A DNA stretch of 64,000 nt from Cyanophora paradoxa CCMP329 (Eukaryota; Plantae; Glaucophyta). A model generated the notes under the pieces. The model was given only the letters and a program-made list of their open reading frames with translations, was not told the origin of the DNA and made no database searches. The translations under genes and the position numbers were made by a program. The DNA lies in assembly GCA_004431415.1 (NCBI GenBank), contig QPMI01000005.1, forward strand, positions 868,001 to 932,000, given 5' to 3'. Shown one piece after another: positions 35,778 to 47,691 of the stretch. The stretch's first letter is position 1. The number at the start of each line of letters is the position of its first letter.

Positions 35778-36181
35778 TCATGGGAGACACGGCGGATAAA
35801 AAGGATATAACTTCGATTAAATATAATTAATCGAGATAATGATATAACTTCGATAAATAAGATTTAAGATATAACTTCGATAAATTCGATTTTTGTTACT
35901 GAGGCTTACTGAGATTACTGTTGAATACGAATAGGGTTACTGGGAATGGTTTGTTTTTCTTGGGAATTGTTTTGGAGACACGGCGCATAAAAAAGATATA
36001 ACTGCGATAAGATATAATTAATCGAGATTATGATATAACGTCGATTAATTAAATTTTTGTTACTGAGGCTTACTGAGATTTACTGATATTCAAGATTGGG
36101 TTACTGGGAATGGTTTGTTTTCTGATTTGTTTTTGATTTTTTTGCGGGTATTTTTTTGGAGACACGGCGCAGTGCTGAGCT
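35778..36181 (-). repeat. Right TIR of inner copy 1
   Basis: Inverted match to 24667-25070 with a mismatch patch near 35915-35945. Confidence 0.95.
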
Positions 36182-36416
36182 TTTCACAGATCCGAAATTA
36201 AATCTCGGTAATTAATATCGAATGCTCAGTCTCTCTGAGATCTATGCTATCCTTGAAAGGAAATCCGCTGAATATGCATCCGAAGCCGCAATACAAAAGC
36301 GTAGACAGGAGCTGGTCTCGATCTGCAAAAAATGACAAGGGATTTAAAGGTAAGGTGTGTTTGATTGGTGAACCCGGACAAATTATTTTCTCGTCCAAAT
36401 ATAAGGAACATATCAA

Positions 36417-36644
36417 ATGGAAACTGAATCTGTGGTCGAATTCGAACTTGCAATGAGCGAAATGGATCCCAATGAGAGGAAAAGGTTGTATGACCGCTTG
36501 TACTTCCAGAAACGCTATCAAGATGAGGAGTTTCGTGAATTATATCGTAAAAAGGCACTGGAACGATATTATCGCAGGAAAGCTGCTGAGATGGATCCCA
36601 ATAATCCAGTAAAACGCCCAGTTGGTCGTCCCAGGAAATACTGA
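36417..36644 (+). CDS. Small basic protein with a C-terminal AT-hook-like motif, outer virus
   Basis: ALERYYRRK...KRPVGRPRKY. Confidence 0.65.
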   Translation: METESVVEFELAMSEMDPNERKRLYDRLYFQKRYQDEEFRELYRKKALERYYRRKAAEMDPNNPVKRPVGRPRKY

Positions 36645-36838
36645 ACCGCCCCCAAAGTCCCAAATATCCGCTGAATCCTTTTTGTTACCATGATCAATCG
36701 ACTTTTCGATGGATCATTACCATATATCGAGCGCCAATCGGAGAACCCAAAGGTATTTAAAGGTTAGCCGCCAAAAAATGACAAGGATCCGGAAAAATTA
36801 ATTTCTCCATTAAGTATAAGAAGCCCCCAATTATCGAA

Positions 36839-38253
36839 ATGAACGCTGCCGCCAAGATATCCCTGAAACGCCTTGTTGACTGGCTTCGTGAAGACGATGT
36901 CCTGTCTGAGAATATCGTAATTCCTGTTGATCCTGATACCAAAAAGCCACTTTTCGCTCATAAAGACGGAACCTGGACTTGGGATAAATTCGATGAAGCC
37001 CTGAAATCCGGTAAGTATACTGCTTGGGGCATTCTCGCTCGTAATATCATGGTAATTGACTTCGACCAAGAGGAGGATTTCGCCAAATTCGAGGAGCAAT
37101 TCCCTGATGATTTCGGTGGTGTTAATCCACTTGCTAAAACAAAAAAAGGATATCATGCTTATTTCGCTCGACCTGCTGAATTCGACACCATTAAGATCTG
37201 GGATAAAGCAGGTGCATTCAAAGGAAACCCCAAGATCGACTGCAAAACGATTGCATCCACTGGGACTGCTGGGGTAATTAATGTTTGTCCCAGTCCCAAC
37301 AAAACATGGATCAGAGAGCCATGGGCATCTGAGTGCGAGTTGAATGAACCCAGTGCTGAGTTGCAAAAGTGGATTGTTGAAAACTACGAATTCCCTAAAT
37401 ATGCACATTCTTATTTTGAGAGGTGTGCTGAGGAGACTTTGCAGAAACATATTCTCTCTAAACTCGAAGAATTCGGTTTCATCTTGCCCACAATCATCAA
37501 TGAGACCAAGATGGGATACAATTTCACTGCTGAGAACAAAGGTCTGGTCTGTCCCTGCTGCAAGGGAAGCCATGACTCGAACAATTGGTATATTGTTCAA
37601 GGGAAGGAGAAGGACAAATATATTGTTTCGAGTTACAGTGCAAACTGCAAGAAGCGACTTATCACAATTCGTGTGAAGGAAGAGACAGATGCGAATATCG
37701 AAAATCTGATTGATCGGTCTGCTGGATCTGATGGTGCCCATTATGATGTTGCACAGGTTGCCTATCTTGTTCTGCAAGACAAATACAAGTATTCCAACAA
37801 GACCTGGTTCAAGTTCAATGATGTATGTGGGATTTGGAGATGGATGAAACTGGGAAGCGAATCTTTCTCTGTTTGAGCTGCAAGGTCTGTCCAGTTTATC
37901 TTCAACGTTCTGTTCAACTCGCACAGAGAGCTCTTCGTGATGAAGAGAACCGCAATTCCTTGGAGGAAAGGTCAAAGATTCTGCTGGGAATTGCTAAGAG
38001 CCTCAAACAGACTACATACAGAACTGCACTTATGTCTGATCTTTCAGTTCTGTTCAGTGACAAGACCTTTTTCGAGAGACTTGATACTGTTCCCAACATC
38101 ATTGGGTTCACAAATGGTGTATTTGACTTGAACTCCATGACTTTTCGACAGGGACTCCCATATGATATGGTGAGTAAGACTGTTGGCTACGATTACACCA
38201 CAGAAATTGACCAAGAGAAGGTTGCAAAGATTAAATCCATCTATGCAGATATT
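36839..38253 (+). pseudogene. PrimPol/AEP primase-D5 helicase, 5' part (split by inner copy 2)
   Basis: KKPLF..W, WGIL..IMVIDFD, TKKGYHAYF, CPCC..H Zn-finger-like, D5_N-like LDTVPNIIGFTNGVFDL..FRQG..DMVSKTVGYDY; 1-nt frameshift near 37837. Confidence 0.9.
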
Positions 38254-38656
38254 AGCTCAGCACTGCGCCGTGTCTCCAAAAAAATACCCGCGAAAAAATC
38301 AAAAACAAATCAGAAAACAAACCATTCCCAGTAACCCAATCTTGAATATCAGTAAATCTCAGTAAGCCTCAGTAAGAAACATTGAATTAATCGAAGTTAT
38401 ATCATAATCTCGATTAATTATATCTTATCGAAGTTATATCTTTTTTATGCGCCGTGTCTCCAAAACAATTCCCAAGAAAAACAAACCATTCACAGTAACC
38501 CAATTCCAAATCTCACTAAATCTCAGTAAGCCTCAGTAACAAAAATCGAATTAATCGAAGTTATATCTTAAATCTTATTTATCGAAGTTATATCATAATC
38601 TCGATTAATTATATTTAATCGAAGTTATATCCTTTTCATCCGCCGTGTCTCCATGA
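38254..38656 (+). repeat. Left TIR of inner copy 2
   Basis: Inverted match to 49369-49772; near-identical to 24667-25070. Confidence 0.95.
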
Positions 38657-38657
38657 T

Positions 38658-39716
38658 TTAGCGTTTCGTTAAACCACTTCTCAAATTGTATCTCCTCCGA
38701 ATTACATTACTCCGATTGGGTTTTATGCCTTCTTTTGCTACCAATCGATTCACTTTATTCGTTTTATTAACCTGCTGAATCCGTTTTTGTGATGGTATCT
38801 TAATGATATCATCTTTATTCACCTTTTGCAATTCTTGTTTCTTAAATCTCCTCTTCACTTCTTTTGTTTCCTCACCATCATTATCTTCAAGCACTTTGAA
38901 ACGATTCCTATCAGCCTTTGCAACAGTGTAGACCTTCTGACTGAATTGCGCACCTTCTTTTTCAAACAATCCCTTTGGTTGCAAAACTCGAACTGTGTCT
39001 CCTGGTTTCACTTGATTAGTATCAGCCTCCTTTACACGATTGTTGTGAACAGTATCCTCATGTAAATAAATAACTGTTTATCTTCATTTGTATACACTGC
39101 ATTTGGAGAGTCATTTTTCAATGCAGAATGGGGACTGCTATTATACAAGTCAATTACATCACTAAGTAGATCGATCCATTTCGTGGTTCCCTTTGCTGTC
39201 ATCGATTTTCTGAGATACTGTTTGAAAGTCCTAGTGAACCTATCAATTATCCCCAGTTTATCTCCTACTGTGATGTGGTCATCCTTTGCCACATCTGTGT
39301 ATAGCATTACACCATGTTCACTGCACCAATTTCGGTATACTGCCTGGGAAAACTCATTATCCCAGAGAGAGCATTAACTTTGCCTGCTTCTTGCTTGAAC
39401 CTATTTAAAATGCTCGGGATCTCACTGCTGTTTTTAAAAGGATAAACAAATCCTTTGCGACTAAGTATGTCTACGAAACTAAGCATTTTGAAAATGCCAT
39501 TGTTGGCAGTCTGAAACCTCTGAAATATGTTATATCGATTTGAAACGATCTAGGCTTTGCCACTATGCGAAGAAACGATTTGGGTTTCCTTGGTTTCTTG
39601 TAAATTTGCTGGAGTTCTGAGTTTTTGAACTTCTTTTTCAACTCTTTTTCATCAAAACTCACTTTTTCATTAATCAGTTTCTGCCTATACTTTTTGAATG
39701 ATAATACACTATCCAT
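38658..39716 (-). CDS. rve integrase, inner copy 2 (1-nt frameshifts)
   Basis: Near-identical to 25072-26132. Confidence 0.85.
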
Positions 39717-42700
39717 TATTGGGCGGCACAGTTACACTTAATATGAGAGAGGAAACAATTTTTGGTAATGTGAGCCACAGCATTATTAATTCGATCTACC
39801 GAAATATCTTCAAAGTCCATGGCATTGTAGCATCGCAGGCAATGCCCATACTGCTTCCATATCGCTGCTTGATCCAATCCATGTGATGTAATCATGCTCA
39901 TCGAATTGTCTGTTTGCTGCTCGGTCCTGATCCTTGTAAGTCGAAATCTTCTCGTTATTCTCTCTTTTCCACACTTTCCAGTGAGCCATTTCGAAATTAT
40001 CATGGTAAATAACAACATCATCCAGCCTTGTGGTTCGAGTGAGAGCAACATATAGCCACTTCTTTGAAACAAATGGCGCCCCAGTTTCGAACACGACTAC
40101 CCTGTTCCCTTTGCAGCGAATCGTATCACCTTGAACAACATGGCAGGTGTTTGCGTAAGCCAGGGCGAAATGTTTGACTGCATCCCTGCTGAGAACAATC
40201 TCATCCTTCTTGTTGGCAATGTCAGCAATAATGAAACTGTCCTTTGAGAGCTTGACAATCTTGTAGACAAATCCATTATGAACTATCTTCCCACCCTTTG
40301 CAATACGAGTCTTTGCAACAACTTTGATCCCGCCAGCATAAATGGAAACATTATCCCCGTAGTTCATTTTGTGAAGGGCTAGGTTCACCTCTGCACCCTT
40401 GCGGTTTGTATACACAATGCCTTTATCTGTCTTTGCCAATTCGTCCACAACCTTGAACCCGTACTTTGCTAGGACCTCACTTACACTCAAACCTTTCTCG
40501 AATAAATCAATTCGAATTTGCTCAACCTTTCTGCGATCTTCCTCAGTCTCATGGCGCTTGTTCACTTGGAGTAACAATTCGTTGGGGAACAGGCGATGGA
40601 GGATATCAAGGTAATACTCATCTTGATCAACACTCATATCCTGAATGGGTGGGTTCTGATACGGGTCACCTGTGGCAATGTATACCTTATCTGGGAACTG
40701 CTCATTCATGATGTGGTCCAGGGCTGCCAGTTCTCCAATCTTAAACTGACAGATCTCATCAATAACAATGCAATCAAATTCTACCAAACCAGATGCATTC
40801 CCTCCTACGATTTCATCCATGTTCGACTCATCGATTTTGAGATGAAGGGCATCATAGATTGTCTTCACATTTTTCAATCCTTGCTCTTTCATTTCCTTCA
40901 CTCGCTTGTTGGTCGGAACAATATAGAGGGGATTTTTGAAACGCTTCCCATATTCAACTGTCATGTGAGTCTTTCCAACTCCTGGAACTGATCCGAGAAG
41001 AACCCATCGTTTTTGTGTAGCCAGCAAATCACAAATCGCGGTTGTGTCATACTCATCAACCACAGAGTGTTTGGTATAACTGTAGTTCTCGATTTTCACA
41101 AAGTCAGTCGCTCTCTCAAACTTTCCGTAACGAATTCGTTTTGCCTCGAGGTCTTTCTTCTCACCTGAAAACTTTTTAGAAAAATTGGGGCAGCATTTCA
41201 CACTGAATTTTCCAATATTCTCAAAGGCATTGCGATCGAATGACACTGGGGCAATGGGTTCATAAGCGATCCCATAAACACAATCGGTGTTCAAAGCGAG
41301 TGGTCGGATCTGCTGTTTAGCGAGTTCGACACACTTCTCATACATACACATCCTCATAATTGACAAGAGGGTAGTGTACAATGGCATGAAGCCATCAATG
41401 AGCTGCTTTTCTGCTACCTGATTGACATAGTAGATATGGGGTTCGGTCATCTCTTCCTCACACAGAACGAACTCTGTCTCCTCATAAGTGGCAAGAGTCT
41501 CACCAAAGAGGTAAATTTTAACCTCCCCTCCGTTCTGTTTCTGGAACTCGATCGCATCGTCTCTGTTGTGGAAAATGGTGGTTTTCACTCTGCTATTTCG
41601 TTGCTTTCCAGTTTGCCCAATTGCACTCACCAAGATCTGCTTCTTATCAACAGGATCGAGGTCGCTATCTAAGATTCGAGCAACTGTGTTGCCTGCAAGG
41701 TTGGGAATGAGTTTGTAAGGTCGCAGAACCGCTTTGATGGAGATGTCATCCTTGAAATCCTCGAAATGCTTTTTGAGAACCAAACCAGGAACGACATTGT
41801 ACTTGGAATCAATGATCATCCTCTTGTATCTGTTGTAGGTGTTTGCTTCGTACTCCTTTCCGTTCTTGTCTTTGGCTTTGAAAAAGTATTTGTCGTCCAG
41901 TTTCACGTAATAGAAGCTGTATTCCTCGATTTGCTCTGCATCTGTGATTGTCACACTCTTGAAGACATCGAACTTGCTGAGAACAGGAACGAATTTGATC
42001 ATCAAGGCTACAATGTAAGGGTATGCTTTGCACATATCGAACTCGTAATATCTGTGTTATAGCGAATTTCATCAAAGGTCTCCTCATCCACATCAAAGAG
42101 ACCACGAAGGGCAGTCTGCACTCCATTCTTGAATGCATTTATGGTTTGCTCATTGTAAGTACTCTTGTTGGAAGTGTTGATTAGAGACCTATACATATCC
42201 AGATTTAGTTTCTCGAATTTATCTCTGTACTCAGCATTCTTGAAGCTAATCTCGAAAGCTGTTTCCACATCTGTATCGTTACCAGGTGGGGTCACGACAA
42301 CATCCTTATCGTCAATAGTGAAACGAATATGGGTTGCCTTTCCGATTTGGGAGAACCCAGGTTGGACCTGATAATTATGCACCACAATGAACTCTCTGAG
42401 TAGTTCATCCAGTGAACCACCATAGCAGATTCGAATGCTCGATTGGTTCTTTGGATTGTCAGACCTGACAATTCTCAGAATGTCATCGGGATTTGTGGCA
42501 AACTCCTTGAACCTTCTTTGCTTTATAATCTTGTAACGAGAACTGAGTGGAACATTGGTATCTTTTGGCTTGGAGCCATTGAAGGACTGTGTGAGAGCCT
42601 TAATATTGTGATTTAACAAATACATGTGACCATTCTCAATCTTCACATATGCAACAGAAGGGGTCAAGTGTGTGTTCCTGGTCTTGGGCAGGAAAGTCAG

Positions 42701-43800
42701 TTCAGGGACAGGGGTTCTGTCGTCCTTTCCAATTGTAACCATGCCTAGGCGCAGTGGGTCAAGAACCTTCTCCGAAATGGACTTGAAAGAAATGCCCCAA
42801 TCATCTCCTTCAACAGGGTCTCGCCCATTCACCATCTTAAAGAGTCCGTTGTAAGACCAATCGATTCGCTTGTATTTCCCTTTGGTCTTAGCCTTCTCAA
42901 ACGCTCCTCCAAACCATTTGATGAGGACATCGAAAACACACTTCCCAACCTTGAATGAATCACCTTTCAAGAACATTTCCTTGAATGTGGTGGCTTGGGG
43001 TTCCCTTCGTTTTTAATGAAATTCGAAATAATCATTGGAGCGTTTGTATTGTCTCTGAGGACTTGTTCATTTCTTGGGATGTATTCTTCATTATCTGTCG
43101 TGATGACTCTTTCAATTGTCATAATATCGGGGTAGGTATCTTGCTCAATTAGTTTTAGGTAGCGGAAATCTTGATTGGTCGAGTTAAACTCAATAACTGC
43201 TGCAATAAATTCAGCAATGACAGTCCCCTCAACACATGGGAACGTATTGAAGGTGGATTGAACCAGACCGAGAGCATTCAGAAAAGCTGCCTTGGTACAC
43301 TGGATACCAAAGGGGCGATTGTTCCGAAGCCTCTTCGATTCAATGTAGGTCACACCATTCTCAGTGACCCTGTTTGCATTTGCAGGGGCTTGTTCTCCCT
43401 CTTGCAACTCACGGAAGAGTCTCACATTCAGGGTGACCATGTTTCCAGGTGAGTTTTCAACAAACTCACGGAGGTTAGCAATCATCTGCTGGAAAGGAGT
43501 CAAGCGCTTCCGCTCTCTCGCTTGCTCCGCTTTCTTGTTTTGCTTCTCAACATTCTTAGCGGCTCTCTCAGCCCTCTTCTCCTTCTTCTCCTGCTTGCGA
43601 TACAAACGAGGCTCTACGATACCTCTCAGTGTATCTCTGATATCAATCAACTTTGGAATTCTAATTGCTTTGAAAGTAAATTCTCTCAAGAAATAGATAT
43701 CCTGCTCTCGGGTCAATTTGTCTTCTACTTTTGCTTGCATGTAGTAGCCAAGAATCTCATCCTGCAAATTTTTCGAAATTCGATTACTTGGTCGAGGCAT
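39716..43800 (-). CDS. PolB-SF1 helicase-HNH-like fusion, inner copy 2 (1-nt frameshifts)
   Basis: Near-identical to 26132-30218; the N-terminal ORF 42967-43800 is intact here. Confidence 0.85.
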
Positions 43801-44040
43801 TTCTTTGTTCACTCTATTAATATATACCTACAAAGTTTTCTTTAAATACTTTTATACTCGCGTCAAATTTTACCGACAAAACCAAAAGTCTCCAACAAAA
43901 TAAATTTAGTCGAGGGCATTCATAAAAATAACAAAGGGTTGGCTCGATCATCGAACTCTAAAAATAACAGAATGATTATATTTGTGGTTCCAGCGCGTTT
44001 CCCACGGGTTTCTCAGAGCAGATCGCGCTGAGAAAAACGA

Positions 44041-44298
44041 TTAACAGAGATATTTCGATTTGCGACCACGGTTAGAATACGGGACACCATAGAGATACTT
44101 CACAAAGCAGACTGCATTGGAAGCATAGAGACGCTGGGAACTCTCAACGATCTTCATGGCTCTGTAACACTCATCAGTATGGTATAAGTCACGCATTTGC
44201 TTTGCAAATCTGGCATTGTACTTTTTCAAATATTCCTGACCTTTTTCAGTTTTACGATAACGATAAGTAGCACGCTTCTGAGCCTCACTGATTGGCAT
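44041..44298 (-). CDS. Small basic protein (85 aa), inner copy 2
   Basis: Identical to 30460-30717. Confidence 0.7.
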   Translation of the reverse strand: MPISEAQKRATYRYRKTEKGQEYLKKYNARFAKQMRDLYHTDECYRAMKIVESSQRLYASNAVCFVKYLYGVPYSNRGRKSKYLC

Positions 44299-44646
44299 GT
44301 TGTCCTTTTCTACTCTCTTAATATATGTTAAGAAATCTTTAAGTAGTTTTTCTGTCTGTATATAGCGAATAAACTCCTGTCAAATTTTGGTCCCGATTGC
44401 AGAGCATCCAGTACGAAAGAAGATGCTGGAAAATGATAAAGCCACCGATACCCAGAAGGTTCACTTGTCGGCTGCAAGTTTCTACCACTGAACCCGGTAG
44501 AACAGGTGATTAAAGTGATTTACCTATGGATATTTCACTTCGCTCTACAACGCCTCCATAAAAATGAAGAAGTTTTGAGCCTACGGGATAGGATTGGTTA
44601 CGTAGCGCTAACAATGTTTGAGAAATTATATTATTCAGATTGATCC

Positions 44647-45408
44647 TTAACGGCGATAACCGGGTCTTATACCAAGCTTGGCGAATCCAGAGACCATTGG
44701 GGCAGCATTTGGAATCGAGTTGACTGGATCAGCCTGCGAAGTGGCAACCCGAAGGATCGACTTATTGAGAACCGGCAAATCCGTTTTGTTGGAGTCTTGA
44801 TACTCAATGGTCTTTGCAATCAATTCTGTAGGTGAGTCTTTTGCCACATGAACAGGTTCGGGAATAACTTCATGGGTTACTTCTGGTTTCTTCTCAACCT
44901 TTTCCTTTGTGATTGGCTGTTCCTTGATCTTGTTTTCGTTTTTGGTCTCTGCTGCAATACCATCAACAAGACTCTTAGCATACTGATATGTTACAGATTT
45001 CAGTCCACCAGTGGTTGAACGAATAAAGTAGCGGTTGCGATGGTCTTTCTCGGAATAGGTTGAGTAGAGTCGCTCACCACCATCAAGCAGTTTCAGCAGT
45101 GTCGATGATGAGGCAACCTTGTCCTTTGTGGATGATTTGAACTGTCCTTTCTTGATTCCTCGTTTGGCTCCGGGCATGCGGTTCAGTGGGACTTGGTCAA
45201 CAAGGGCATTATCATCATTACTGTTTTTCGTAGTGGCTTGGGTGAATTGGTTTCGTTCTTTATGGACTTCCTTTTCGAGGTCACCAGTTCCGTATGCAGC
45301 GAGTCCTTTCGATTTCTTATACCAGTTCCTTCCATTCTCACCATTGCCAACATCCGCTTCAGCGGCTGGTTTGGCTAAGAAATTCTTGGGTTGAGTCTTG
45401 CGAGCCAT
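44647..45408 (-). CDS. Hypothetical basic protein (253 aa), inner copy 2
   Basis: Intact ORF; few, mostly conservative substitutions versus copy 1. Confidence 0.8.
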   Translation of the reverse strand: MARKTQPKNFLAKPAAEADVGNGENGRNWYKKSKGLAAYGTGDLEKEVHKERNQFTQATTKNSNDDNALVDQVPLNRMPGAKRGIKKGQFKSSTKDKVASSSTLLKLLDGGERLYSTYSEKDHRNRYFIRSTTGGLKSVTYQYAKSLVDGIAAETKNENKIKEQPITKEKVEKKPEVTHEVIPEPVHVAKDSPTELIAKTIEYQDSNKTDLPVLNKSILRVATSQADPVNSIPNAAPMVSGFAKLGIRPGYRR

Positions 45409-45444
45409 TTGTAATATTGAAACAAATTTATTCTACAGTATTTC

Positions 45445-46332
45445 CTATGACCGTGAGAACGGCAGGTAGAGTCCCTCCAACTCTTTTATGACATTCTTCA
45501 ATGCTTTTTTCGTCAGATCTTTATCATCTTCAGTAATCAGTTCAAGAGTCATCGACCAGTCGGTAGTAATGTCTGCTGTGGCTCCATTCCAGTAAGAAAG
45601 TCTCACATCTAGAGTCTCAACCTCAACCAAGCCATTCTGCTCGTGAACGATCATGGAATTATTCGATGAATCATATTTTAATAGACTGCCAACCGTTTGG
45701 TCAATCTCAATTTTCGCGATAGCATTGTTATCTCGTTTGTTATTGCTCACATATCTTCCTTTCAGTGGATCAACATGAAGAAGCAAATAGGAATTAAATA
45801 GTAGATCTAATGGCATTTCACTATCAATGTAGTGAGCATAAGTAAAGGCTCCAACTGTGACATTAGATGATAGAGGACTCGATTGGTACAGTGTGTTAGC
45901 ATTTTCAAAACCACAGAAATTGGCTAAGAGTTGAGTGTTCATAGTGATTGAGAATGGAACCTCACACATGAACCTTAGAAGCAATGTTGTGGGATCATAG
46001 GTTACATAGAAATGGCGAGTGTAAGTTCCGCCACCCGCTTGATTATAGGGCTGGGATCCAATGCGAGCGATCAGATAATTCACCAGTGAATCCGGTGTAT
46101 ATGCACCTCGGAGGACTTCGTTGTTTCTATTCTTTGGGTTCCCAGCATTATCGAGTGTTTGTGTGGTGAGGGTTCCTACTTCAGAGAGGTTGTAAAGATT
46201 GTGAAACATCTCAAAGTTCGTTACTCGACAGGCTCTGACCTTTTGGATCGCATAAGGGAGTCTGTATGTGAAATTAGTTGGGGTTCCATCCGATCGGTCC
46301 CTGGAATCAATATTGAGATAGTAACGCGTCAT
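45445..46332 (-). CDS. Minor capsid (penton) protein, inner copy 2 allele
   Basis: MTRYYLNIDSRDRSDGTPTNF..; central region differs strongly from copy 1. Confidence 0.85.
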   Translation of the reverse strand: MTRYYLNIDSRDRSDGTPTNFTYRLPYAIQKVRACRVTNFEMFHNLYNLSEVGTLTTQTLDNAGNPKNRNNEVLRGAYTPDSLVNYLIARIGSQPYNQAGGGTYTRHFYVTYDPTTLLLRFMCEVPFSITMNTQLLANFCGFENANTLYQSSPLSSNVTVGAFTYAHYIDSEMPLDLLFNSYLLLHVDPLKGRYVSNNKRDNNAIAKIEIDQTVGSLLKYDSSNNSMIVHEQNGLVEVETLDVRLSYWNGATADITTDWSMTLELITEDDKDLTKKALKNVIKELEGLYLPFSRS

Positions 46333-46384
46333 TCTGTTTAATAAAGCATTTTAAAAATTTCTTTTGGTATTTTAAACATAAGAG

Positions 46385-47611
46385 ATGGCACTCACTGGAA
46401 CTACCCTGAAGGAACTCCTCGTAACTCCCGGTTCCGATCAAATTTATCTTTCCCCTGGTCTCCAAATCGGAACCAACCCCAAATACAAACCATTCCTCGA
46501 GCAAGTTCGTCCCCGAGGCAACACTTTTGGCTTCAAGAATACCGCTTACTTTGATCTACCTCGCAAGCAACTCCTTGCTGGTGTTTCCCTATATTTCAAG
46601 ATTGCCACTGGTGGTGAGGTAGCCTGCACCCTCCCCAATGGTGGTTCTTCCTTCATCAATGAGGTCCGCTTTGTTCATGGTGGTTTCAAGTATATCATCC
46701 CTGGTGATTGGATCACTGTAAACGCTCTGATCGACAATGATCACGCTACCATGGGCAGTATGTTTGCTTCTCTCGGTTACTTCAAAGAGACAGATCGTGA
46801 AAGCACAGATGAAGCAATGGAATACATCGTTAGAATCCCCGCTGCTTTCTGGGAAGAAGCTTATTTCCCATTATGTACGCTAGCCGATATGCCAACAATC
46901 GAGGTTGATTTCCGTGATGCTGCGATTGTCCAAGTTCCGGCTGGTGGATCTGTAACCTTTGCGGATTGCTCTCTGATCTGCCAATTCGTAAACATTGCTT
47001 CGGCTGAGGCTGAGACACTCCTTAAAATGGCGAACGAACAAGGTGGCATTCGCATCCCGATCACAGAGGTCATTCACAAGAAGACCCGAGCGCTCAAAAC
47101 CGCTGATGCTGGTGAATCTGTTGAGGTTACACTCGCTAATGTTTCTGGTCTGGTTCACTCGATTCTGATGACTGTTCGAGAGGTGAACAAACTTAACACC
47201 TACACTCACTCGGATTTCTGCGGTCATGAATCTGCTGTTAAGATTGATCAGTTCCAGATCTTCCACAACAATCGCTCCCTGGATATATCTAACAAACCCA
47301 TTTCCGGTTTCCTCTCTGCTGTCAATCACATTCCTTCTCACTACAAGGGTGTTACTGTGGGCAATACCACGTACGGATTCGAGTCTGGAAATGTTTACGG
47401 AATTGTTCTTTCCAAGTCTGGAAAAGATTCGCTTCGGAACTCGGTTATGGGTTACCAGGATTTCTTCAACAGCAGCTCGAGTTACATGGATCTCACTGTT
47501 TCCGGATGCACTGATGCCGCTCCTGTTCAGGTTGATATCTATGCCCTCCGACACAATGTTATGGTACTTAATGGCTACAACATCTCTACCCTGAAAGTCT
47601 CGAACTTCTAA
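46385..47611 (+). CDS. Major capsid protein (double jelly-roll), inner copy 2
   Basis: Intact 408-aa beta-rich ORF between penton and ATPase; homologous to the outer MCP. Confidence 0.82.
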   Translation: MALTGTTLKELLVTPGSDQIYLSPGLQIGTNPKYKPFLEQVRPRGNTFGFKNTAYFDLPRKQLLAGVSLYFKIATGGEVACTLPNGGSSFINEVRFVHGGFKYIIPGDWITVNALIDNDHATMGSMFASLGYFKETDRESTDEAMEYIVRIPAAFWEEAYFPLCTLADMPTIEVDFRDAAIVQVPAGGSVTFADCSLICQFVNIASAEAETLLKMANEQGGIRIPITEVIHKKTRALKTADAGESVEVTLANVSGLVHSILMTVREVNKLNTYTHSDFCGHESAVKIDQFQIFHNNRSLDISNKPISGFLSAVNHIPSHYKGVTVGNTTYGFESGNVYGIVLSKSGKDSLRNSVMGYQDFFNSSSSYMDLTVSGCTDAAPVQVDIYALRHNVMVLNGYNISTLKVSNF

Positions 47612-47691
47612 AGTTCTTTTCTTTTGTTAGTGTAGGAAGCGCAATTATTTGTAGGTGTGTACTTTATTTTGTTTTTTATCTTATTACTGTA

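Larger units (their letters stand above)
24667..36181. mobile_element. Nested Polinton-like virus ('inner') copy 1, 11515 bp
   Basis: Termini AGCTCAGCACTGCG...CGCAGTGCTGAGCT; flanked by TTTCA at 24662-24666 and 36182-36186. Confidence 0.95.
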
